Positions 8,426 through 15,407 of a stretch of DNA of 17,475 nt are shown in pieces. The notes under the pieces are model-generated. The model had not been told where the DNA came from. It saw only the letters and a program-made list of their open reading frames with translations, and ran no database searches. A program made the position numbers and the translations under genes. Source of the DNA: Candidatus Baldrarchaeum yapensis (lineage in GTDB: Archaea > Asgardarchaeota > Baldrarchaeia > Baldrarchaeales > Baldrarchaeaceae). Position 1 is the stretch's first letter. The number at the start of each line of letters is the position of its first letter. Location of the stretch: assembly GCA_016840465.1 (NCBI GenBank), contig JAEOSH010000049.1, positions 1-17,475 on the forward strand, given 5' to 3'.

Positions 8426-9694
8426 ATGCCAAAAAAACAGTACTGGAGTTTCATAAAGGATCCGCTCTATGGATACATACATATTACGGACTTTGAGAGG
8501 GAGCTAATAGATACTCGCGTCGTGCAAAGGCTGAGAAGAATAAAACAACTAGCAGGCGCTGAATATGTATATCCGGGTGCAAATCATACGAGATTTGAGC
8601 ATTCGATAGGAGTAATGTATTTGGCGGGTGTACTTGCGGAAAGCTTACCGGTAGAACTCTCTGACGACGAAATATGTATGGTCAAGATCGCAGGCCTGCT
8701 TCATGACGTTGGACATGGTCCCTTCTCTCATCTCTTCGAATCTATTTCAACAAAATACTTAGGGAAAACTCACGAGAGTTTCACACAATGGCTAATCAGG
8801 GAGACCGAAATTGCCGATATATTGTCAAATGGGGGCTTCTCGCCGCAGGAAATAAGTGATCTTGCCGTTGGTAAGTATGAGAGAAAGGGAAAAAGATTCC
8901 TGGGACAGATAATTTCGAGTGCAATAGATGTTGATAAAATGGATTTCGTGCCAAGAGACTCCTACCATACTGGTGCAGGATATGGAAATGTAGATGTTTT
9001 TCGACTCATTTACACTATGGATGTTCTGGATAACAATTTAGCAGTAGATATGACCGCAATATCCGCGCTTGAAACATTCATCCTTGCACGCGTTGAATCC
9101 TTCCGCTCAATATACTTTCATAAAGTCGCACGTGCCGCACAGATAATGATTGCACTTGCTATGGAAAGGGCTAAAGAAGATTATCCCATCCTCGTGGGGT
9201 TCAAGTCGCCAGACGAGTTCCTCGAACTCGACGATTATAGCGTATGGGCAATGCTGAAGTCTTCGAAAAAGTCCGAAGAAATCTTAAGGAAGCTTGAAAG
9301 GAGAGATTTACTTAAAGTTGCTTACTCAAAAACTTTTTATGTGAAGGATCAGTTCATCCAGAACCTATTTATCAACGAAACCATTAGAAGAAATCTCGAA
9401 AACGAAATAGCAGAAACCGCCGGCGTTGATTATGAGGACGTTATTATAGACGTGCCAACAGTTCCGTCGGTCCCTTACGGTCACTCTCTCGGAATCGAAC
9501 CAATGGAAATTCCTGTATTCTCAAGGGGACTAGGAGGCGAAAAAATTCCCGAGAAATTGTCTGAAGTCTCAAATGTCATTACCGCACTCAAAGGGTTTAT
9601 GAACATCATTAGAATTTACACGTGGAAAGACCTCAGAGAAAAGGTTGCCGCTGCAGCAGAAAAAATATTCGGGGATGATCAAAAGACAAAATAA
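8426..9694 (+). CDS. HD-domain phosphohydrolase (SAMHD1/YdhJ-like dNTP triphosphohydrolase family)
   Basis: IKDPLYGYI, QRLRRIKQL, YPGANHTRFEHSIG, LLHDVGHGPFSH, DVDKMDFVPRD, YFHK; SD GGAGAGGAG. Confidence 0.92.
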   Translation: MPKKQYWSFIKDPLYGYIHITDFERELIDTRVVQRLRRIKQLAGAEYVYPGANHTRFEHSIGVMYLAGVLAESLPVELSDDEICMVKIAGLLHDVGHGPFSHLFESISTKYLGKTHESFTQWLIRETEIADILSNGGFSPQEISDLAVGKYERKGKRFLGQIISSAIDVDKMDFVPRDSYHTGAGYGNVDVFRLIYTMDVLDNNLAVDMTAISALETFILARVESFRSIYFHKVARAAQIMIALAMERAKEDYPILVGFKSPDEFLELDDYSVWAMLKSSKKSEEILRKLERRDLLKVAYSKTFYVKDQFIQNLFINETIRRNLENEIAETAGVDYEDVIIDVPTVPSVPYGHSLGIEPMEIPVFSRGLGGEKIPEKLSEVSNVITALKGFMNIIRIYTWKDLREKVAAAAEKIFGDDQKTK

Positions 9695-9726
9695 TACATT
9701 ACAGACCACATGGTGGTTAATTCAAT

Positions 9727-11721
9727 ATGCCGCGGGCGCCATTCTTAGGTGAAGTGAAGCTATTCTGGTGCGAGTATTGTAACGTTCCTTTACTCTCTAG
9801 TAAGTGCAGTAAATGTGGGAGAGAGGGTGTCGGGAACGGAATTATCAAAGTTCCAATAACCCCGCCTGGCGACGTAAGACCTGCCTTTGAATGCGATTTA
9901 AAACTGATAAGATCGATAGTGAACAGAGATTATGGATCTAGAGTCGGGGATAGGGTTGTCCCAGGAGACAAGATAGTTCTACTAAATAGAGCCCCAGACA
10001 TTGATCGTATGGATGAAGTCATCATCGACGGAAAAGTTATAGGAATGATAAGATACGATTTGAAAAGACAAAATTGGGAATTCTTGCCCAAAATATCGGG
10101 TGCAAGAAGATTATACATGTATGGTGCTAGAAAATGGATAAAAATAGATAAAGGCGCAGCAGATGCTATTTTAAATGGTTTAAATCTGCTTATACCCGGA
10201 ATAGTAGATTTGGATCAGAACATTAAGAGAGAGGATAACGTAATCATCGTTAATGAAAGAAGTGAAGTTATTGCAACCGGTAGGTCGAAAATTTCGGCCA
10301 GAGAATTAAAATACCTTGAGAAAGGACTGGCAGTGAAGGTAAGAGAGGCTTCTCCACCTGTCAATGAAAGAATAAATCCCGGAGGACAAACGTGGCATGA
10401 CGTCCTAGAGGCAAATTCCGAATTCTTGGAGAAAGAGGAACAAAAATCGATCTCCCTTATACGTAAAGTTGTTAGAAAATACAAAAAGGACGTCACTGTT
10501 GCATTCAGCGGAGGCAAAGACAGTCTTGCAACATTATTACTAGCGATGAAGGCCCTTGACACATCATTTAAAATACTATATGTTGACACAGGAATTGAGT
10601 TCCCCGAGACCGTCAAATATTCGGAAAAAATATTTGATTTACTTGGTGTAAAGCGGAATGTTCTGCGCAAACATGTGAGTGAAAATGTTTTTTGGAATCT
10701 CACAGAAAAATTTGGCCCACCTGGCAGAGACTTCAGATTTTGTTGCAAAACTAATAAACTTGGACCAATAGCCCAATTGATTTCATCGCACTTCAAAAAT
10801 GGTTGTATAACCTTAATTGGTGTACGAAGGTATGAATCCGAGCGCCGGGCCAGAGATGCAAGTATATGGGAAAACCCTTGGGTTCCGAATCAGATAGCAT
10901 TCTCCCCTATAAGAAATTGGACCGCACTGCACGTGTGGCTATATATATTCCGTGAAGGACTCCCTTACAATCCTCTCTACGAGTTTGGCTTTACTAGACT
11001 CGGATGTTGGCTCTGTCCCGCCATGAGATTAGGAGACATAAGTATAATTAGGGCATCCCATAAAGACCTCTGGGAAAAATGGGAGACTTTCCTAGTTAAT
11101 TGGGCCGATAAGCATGATCTTAACTCGGATTGGCTAAAGTATGGACTTTGGAGATGGAAAAATCCACCTGAATCTCTTCTAAGGTCATTATCCATATCTG
11201 ATATCAGTAAGTTGAAAAGTAAGTCATCAAAAAGAACTCCTCTCTCCTGTACGGTAATAATAGGTCCTGAGGGTTGCAATAGGGATATTTTCTCCGCAAA
11301 TGGCATCATATCTCCAGGTAATATTGATCTTCGGATTTTGTCGGTATATTTAACGCCATTAGGTCATGTATACTTATCAAATAAGTTAAATGTGATAAGA
11401 TTATTGGCAAAGGATGGATCACTTACTTGCTACATTTACGAAGATGGATCCTTTAAGGTAATAAGCAGAAAACAGATGACGATGGACGTCTTTGCCAAAA
11501 AGGTAAGGTCCTTCGTGAAGCAACTGCTTTTGACAATTTTGAGGGCCAAAAACTGCACAAAATGTGGAATCTGTTCGTCAAAATGCCCCGAGAAGGCAAT
11601 AACAATTTTTAATGGAAAATTTATGATAAATTCGAATTTATGCAAGCATTGTGGCCTCTGTATTCAAAATTGTCCCGTTAATTTGTTGCAGGACAACCTA
11701 TTAGTCAGTTTTGTGCAGTAA
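9727..11721 (+). CDS. PAPS-reductase-family protein with N-terminal Zn-ribbon/PUA domain and C-terminal 2x[4Fe-4S] ferredoxin
   Basis: WCEYC..CSKC, PUA-like WIKIDKGAADAILNGLNLLIPGI, PP-loop AFSGGKDS, FCCKTNK, GVRRYES.RR, RLGCWLCP, CTKCGICSSKCP and CKHCGLCIQNCP. Confidence 0.9.
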   Translation: MPRAPFLGEVKLFWCEYCNVPLLSSKCSKCGREGVGNGIIKVPITPPGDVRPAFECDLKLIRSIVNRDYGSRVGDRVVPGDKIVLLNRAPDIDRMDEVIIDGKVIGMIRYDLKRQNWEFLPKISGARRLYMYGARKWIKIDKGAADAILNGLNLLIPGIVDLDQNIKREDNVIIVNERSEVIATGRSKISARELKYLEKGLAVKVREASPPVNERINPGGQTWHDVLEANSEFLEKEEQKSISLIRKVVRKYKKDVTVAFSGGKDSLATLLLAMKALDTSFKILYVDTGIEFPETVKYSEKIFDLLGVKRNVLRKHVSENVFWNLTEKFGPPGRDFRFCCKTNKLGPIAQLISSHFKNGCITLIGVRRYESERRARDASIWENPWVPNQIAFSPIRNWTALHVWLYIFREGLPYNPLYEFGFTRLGCWLCPAMRLGDISIIRASHKDLWEKWETFLVNWADKHDLNSDWLKYGLWRWKNPPESLLRSLSISDISKLKSKSSKRTPLSCTVIIGPEGCNRDIFSANGIISPGNIDLRILSVYLTPLGHVYLSNKLNVIRLLAKDGSLTCYIYEDGSFKVISRKQMTMDVFAKKVRSFVKQLLLTILRAKNCTKCGICSSKCPEKAITIFNGKFMINSNLCKHCGLCIQNCPVNLLQDNLLVSFVQ

Positions 11722-11740
11722 TAGATTCGCCTTCACTTAT

Positions 11741-12148
11741 TTACTCGGATCCTGTCTGCGCTTTTATTTCTGATAGTATCTCCTTCCGCAACTTTGCCAC
11801 TTGATGTATATCTATGGGTTCCGCCTCCTTTATTACCGTCTTTAACTGTATCACATTCCCCACCGCGCTTATATCTTCACTATCAACGGGAAACTCTATG
11901 TCTAGGCCCTTAACTATAAGCTCTACTTTGAGGTCCGGAAGCTTTAATTTGACACTCCTAACAACACCCACACGCCTCGCGAGTCCATCTATTACCTCCT
12001 TCCCAATTATGTGACCCGGTACCCTCAACTCGTAGAGCTCTACTTCTATCGTTGGTAGTATTTCGAGATCCTTCTCCATACTTGACACCTCTTTAATACT
12101 TTTTCGTAAAGCTTTAAAAGAATAGTAATCTTCGAATAATACTCGCAT
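11741..12148 (-). CDS. PRC-barrel domain protein
   Basis: Central segment IIGKEVIDGLARRVGVVRSVKL...FPVDSEDISAVGNVIQLK matches the PRC-barrel pattern; SD GTGAT; 8 nt downstream of UPF0148. Confidence 0.7.
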   Translation of the reverse strand: MRVLFEDYYSFKALRKSIKEVSSMEKDLEILPTIEVELYELRVPGHIIGKEVIDGLARRVGVVRSVKLKLPDLKVELIVKGLDIEFPVDSEDISAVGNVIQLKTVIKEAEPIDIHQVAKLRKEILSEIKAQTGSE

Positions 12149-12156
12149 TGATCACG

Positions 12157-12516
12157 TTAACCCTTTATCCTCTTGATTTTCTCAAGTGCTTCGAGAGTTA
12201 TCACGAGTATTCTCATAAGATCGTATAGATTCCCCATGTCGGTCTCCCGCGATATCTTAGAACCCAACTCTTGAATTTTCACTATCAGCGATTCTTCAAG
12301 CGCTGTTAAAACCGACGTTCTGAGGTAAACTGTTGCCTCTTCATCCCGTTTTACTATAACGACCTTCTTTTGACACGAGGGACAATAAACATCCCCACCG
12401 ACCTTAAAAAGAGGACTGTGACATACCGGACAAGTTTCCGATAACATCACTGCCCCCGCTCTCAGCAAATCAACCATCCTTGCCAACTTCTCCGCATCAC
12501 TTCTGTCTTCTGTCAT
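12157..12516 (-). CDS. UPF0148 / SSSCA1-like zinc-ribbon protein
   Basis: MVDLLRAGAVMLSETCPVCHSPLFKVGGDVYCPSC followed by a helical tail; divergent from UPF0147 as is common in archaea. The ORF track starts at GTG 12525; ATG 12516 has SD GTGAT. Confidence 0.88.
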   Translation of the reverse strand: MTEDRSDAEKLARMVDLLRAGAVMLSETCPVCHSPLFKVGGDVYCPSCQKKVVIVKRDEEATVYLRTSVLTALEESLIVKIQELGSKISRETDMGNLYDLMRILVITLEALEKIKRIKG

Positions 12517-12587
12517 GTTAATCACATAATCGCAATTTTTTTCTTAAGAACACTAACTTTCTCTTAATTGTAGGGACACCATCTCCA

Positions 12588-12600
12588 TTAAAATGAGGGA
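12588..12600 (+). promoter_or_regulatory. TTAAAATGAGGGA motif, TATA-like, copy 2, upstream of UPF0147
   Basis: Identical to 3736-3748; 33 nt before ATG 12634. Confidence 0.35.
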
Positions 12601-12633
12601 GATCGCCCGTTTAACAGTTTCGGAGGGAGTAAT

Positions 12634-12926
12634 ATGAGCGAAGAGGTCCAGGAGAAAATTACGCAAGCAACTCAGATACTAAAATCCATTGCGGAAGACA
12701 CGTCGGTGCCACGGAACATACGCAGAGCTGCTAACGAAGCAATGGAGGTAATTCTAAAAGGTGAGGGCACTCCCGCAGTAAGAGCAGCAAACGCAATTTC
12801 AATACTCGATGAGGTCTCCCAAGACCCAAACCGGTAGACTTGAGTCTACCGGGGGTAAACTGTCCACTTCATGCTAGAACAAAAATCTGGAACGTTGTTA
12901 GCATACTGGAAACTATAAAAGATTAA
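12634..12926 (+). CDS. UPF0147 family protein, split by an intron: join(12634..12829,12859..12926), 87 aa
   Basis: Exon 1 gives EDTSVPRNIRRAA..AVRAANAISILDEVSQDPN. Exon 2, in another frame, gives CPLHARTKIWNVVSILETIKD*, the expected family C-terminus (DPNxPxHAR.IWNVVSILET). SD GGAGGGAG; 264 nt spliced. Confidence 0.9.
12830..12858 (+). other. 29-nt bulge-helix-bulge (BHB) intron in a protein-coding gene
   Basis: ACCC(12824-27)/GGGT(12853-56) central helix, AAA bulges at 12828-30 and 12857-59, 10-bp intron stem CCGGTAGACT/AGTCTACCGG. Cutting after the second bulge nucleotide on each strand restores the frame (GAC CCA AAC TGT CCA). Confidence 0.88.
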
Positions 12927-12942
12927 AGCGGGAGTCCCCGGG

Positions 12943-14364
12943 ATGGTAAAAGCTAGAGTTAAAGGTATCTATGCGACTGCACTCTCAAAGCTACTAATCG
13001 ATCACGGATACTCGTTGACACAATGCTCTAAAACCATAGAAAACCGCCTCAAAATCTCTAGTGACTTCGATGCACCAGATGTGGATATAAAGGATAGTGA
13101 TGACCACCATTCCATCATAATTTCCGGAAAGAAAGAACTAGTGGATAATGTCATAAAAATATTAACTGATACCCTTCCTAACCCCATAATTTATAAATCA
13201 AAGGTTGCAGTAAACTCCATTTACCTCGGCGTGGTCGATGAAATCTCCGAGGAGGGCTCTGTCATAGATCTGGGACATGCAAAAGGCGTAATACCCGGCA
13301 AAGAACTGGAATTGGGAAGTAAGGTACTTGTTAGGGTTATTAATCCTGGAATAAAGTATGAGCAAATAACATTAAGCGATGAACTCACGATTCCAGGGAA
13401 ATACGCGATCCTAATACCATCAAACACAATAAAGATAAGCAAAAAGATAAGAAATCCAGATACTAGGCAAACACTTCTCGCATTGGGCCTTTCAATCAAA
13501 CCTCCAAATTGGGGAATCCTCTGGAGAACCGCTGCTAGTGCACAATCCATGCAAACGCTAATAGAGGAAGTGAAGTACCTTAAACAGATCGCTGAGGACA
13601 TATCGTCGGCTTTTGAGAGAGAAAACCCGCCAAAATTACTATTTGAGGGAGAGTATATCGCCATTGTCGAACTGCCGTACGAGTCAAAGTGCGAACTCGA
13701 CAAAATACGTTCTGAGGTCACACCAACAATAAAGGGCCATCATTATTACAAGTCATTAGGAAGATGTACGTCTATGCTCGTCGATATGGCGGAAAATATG
13801 TTATCCTCACTCCCACGAGCAGGAGATTCGATACTACAAACATTTAATAACATAATTAGTGGAATCTACCCTAAAATTGGCGATATCCTCCAAATAACCC
13901 ACATAAAACTCGATGGAAGAGTTTTCGAGTTAACTCCTGGAAGAATCCTAAGCGTCCGAAGATTTAACGGAGAGATTTCCTTTACAATAAAAAGACAGTT
14001 CAGGGAGGGCGGTTACTACGACGGACTTGATGTTCCAAAGGAACGTGGAGACTATGGAATCACAGAGATAAAAGTAGGAAACTGGTATATGAAAACCAGA
14101 TACTTCTCAAGTACTGGAAAACTCAAAGGAGAGTACTATAACATCTCGACAGGAATAGAATTCATCCCACCTAATAAAATTAGATATATCGACTTGGCGG
14201 TTGACCTCGTAAAATACCCTGACGGAACGGTGAAAGTGCTCGATATCGATGAATTGAAAAGAGCCGCAGAAGAGGGTTATATAAGCAAGCGAACATATGA
14301 TAATATCATGGAAAAGGTAAAATACCTAGAAGAACTATTAAAGGAAGGCAAGGAGCCGGGGTAG
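12943..14364 (+). CDS. RNA-binding protein / probable ribonuclease FAU-1 (AU-1; RNase E/G-like region plus DUF402)
   Basis: KARVKGIYATALSKLL, WGILWRTAA, IKGHHYYKS, GGYYDGLDVPKE.GDY.ITE, GEYYNISTGIE, RYIDLAVDLVK.PDG.V.VLD.DEL; SD GGAG. Confidence 0.92.
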   Translation: MVKARVKGIYATALSKLLIDHGYSLTQCSKTIENRLKISSDFDAPDVDIKDSDDHHSIIISGKKELVDNVIKILTDTLPNPIIYKSKVAVNSIYLGVVDEISEEGSVIDLGHAKGVIPGKELELGSKVLVRVINPGIKYEQITLSDELTIPGKYAILIPSNTIKISKKIRNPDTRQTLLALGLSIKPPNWGILWRTAASAQSMQTLIEEVKYLKQIAEDISSAFERENPPKLLFEGEYIAIVELPYESKCELDKIRSEVTPTIKGHHYYKSLGRCTSMLVDMAENMLSSLPRAGDSILQTFNNIISGIYPKIGDILQITHIKLDGRVFELTPGRILSVRRFNGEISFTIKRQFREGGYYDGLDVPKERGDYGITEIKVGNWYMKTRYFSSTGKLKGEYYNISTGIEFIPPNKIRYIDLAVDLVKYPDGTVKVLDIDELKRAAEEGYISKRTYDNIMEKVKYLEELLKEGKEPG

Positions 14365-14378
14365 CCTAGCCAGGCCAA

Positions 14379-14394
14379 AACTGAAAGTGGCTAA
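14379..14394 (+). other. 16-nt non-canonical D-loop tRNA intron (about position 22/23), relaxed BHB
   Basis: GGCC/GGCT helix, AAA and AAG bulges, ACT-GAA-AGT apical stem. Removal gives D arm GCCT-AGCCAGGCCA-AGGC, parallel to the intron-free tRNA-Leu D arm. Confidence 0.8.
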
Positions 14395-14409
14395 GGCGGC
14401 GGACTCGAG

Positions 14410-14437
14410 ATCTGCTCCTCTGGGGCTAGATCGTGAA
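14410..14437 (+). other. 28-nt canonical-position (37/38) tRNA intron
   Basis: Removal restores the 7-nt anticodon loop. Central helix CTCG/CGTG has one U-U mismatch, 3' bulge AAA, intron hairpin ATCT-GCTCC/GGGGC-T-AGAT. Confidence 0.85.
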
Positions 14438-14525
14438 ATCCGCTGGCCCCTCGGGCCGCGCGGGTTCAAATCCCGCCCCCGGCGCCAACTTTTCTATTAT
14501 GCTAGCAATGGTGCCCCATCATTAA

Positions 14526-15407
14526 ATGGCAAGCAAGGGCGATTCTCCAATGCGACGTGAAATAGACGTGATGGTAAAGGAAATAAAAGAAAGATTTGGA
14601 ATTGTCGGAAGAGAAAAAGAATTGAGAATGGCATTAGCCGCAAAACTCTCCGGCAGACACCTCCTCCTCGAAGGAGACGTTGGCGTCGGAAAGACTTTGC
14701 TCGCATCCGCAATTGCACAGTACTTTGGTCAGCCAATGTACAGAGTCGATGGTGATGAAAGATATACGGAGTCGAAACTCGTCGGATACTGGGATCCGCC
14801 ACTTGTAATCGCCTATGGGTATGATTACGAGAAAAGTTTTATACCCGGACCCTTAACCCGCGCAATGCTCGAAGGAGGAATCCTTTTCATAAATGAGTTG
14901 AATAGACTTCCTGAATCAACACAAAATGTTCTATTACCCGCAATGGACGAACGTAAGATAACTATCCCAAAAATAGGCATAATAGAGGCAAAAAATGGTT
15001 TCTTCATAATAGCAACACAAAATCCTCGAGAGTATGTTGGCGTTTCTGCACTCAGTGAGGCCCTCCGCGATAGGTTCGTGTGGATAAAACTCGATTACCA
15101 GAGTGAGGAGGAAGAAAGAGAAATCGTAAGACTGCGAACAGGTTGCACGGATCCTACGATCGTAGAAATAGCCGTTAAAATATGTAGAGCTACAAGAGAA
15201 CATCCTCATATAAGGCGTGGCGCATCGGTGAGAGGTGCAATAGACCTAGTGAGCATCTTGCAAAAATTCGGAAGTTATGAGACGGAGGACTGGATAAATG
15301 CCGCACTGATGGCACTTGGCACAAAAATAGAAATCGATGAGAGCAATGAAAGATCTGTTGAGGACATAATCTCCGAAATTGTGGTATCAATACTGGAAAA
15401 TTTTTGA
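14526..15407 (+). CDS. MoxR-family (CoxD-like) AAA+ ATPase
   Basis: IVGREKEL, Walker A LLLEGDVGVGKT, Walker B variant LFINELNR, LLPAMDER, IIATQNP, LSEALRDRF, GASVRG.IDL; followed by a VWA gene. Confidence 0.92.
   Translation: MASKGDSPMRREIDVMVKEIKERFGIVGREKELRMALAAKLSGRHLLLEGDVGVGKTLLASAIAQYFGQPMYRVDGDERYTESKLVGYWDPPLVIAYGYDYEKSFIPGPLTRAMLEGGILFINELNRLPESTQNVLLPAMDERKITIPKIGIIEAKNGFFIIATQNPREYVGVSALSEALRDRFVWIKLDYQSEEEEREIVRLRTGCTDPTIVEIAVKICRATREHPHIRRGASVRGAIDLVSILQKFGSYETEDWINAALMALGTKIEIDESNERSVEDIISEIVVSILENF

Larger units (their letters stand above)
14355..14487 (+). tRNA. tRNA-Ser(CGA) with two introns (14379-14394 and 14410-14437); CCA encoded
   Basis: Acceptor GCCGGGG/CCCCGGC, G73, anticodon stem GCGGA/TCCGC with loop CT-CGA-GA after splicing, long variable arm GGCCC/GGGCC, T arm GCGGG-TTCAAAT-CCCGC. 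Mature length 89 nt. Confidence 0.95.

Noticed and set aside
12832-12858. Stop-codon readthrough (pyrrolysine/selenocysteine with PYLIS/SECIS-like hairpin) or ribosomal frameshift in UPF0147
   Set aside because: There are three in-frame stops, the C-terminus is in another frame, and the insert would add non-family residues. BHB excision restores the protein exactly.
12828-12860. Insert as a MITE or transposon footprint with AAAC target duplication (12828-31 and 12857-60), making UPF0147 a pseudogene
   Set aside because: Not preferred: the ACCC/GGGT helix pairs exon with insert and both 3-nt bulges are correctly placed, which a random footprint would not give, and exon 2 is intact. It cannot be fully excluded without RNA data.
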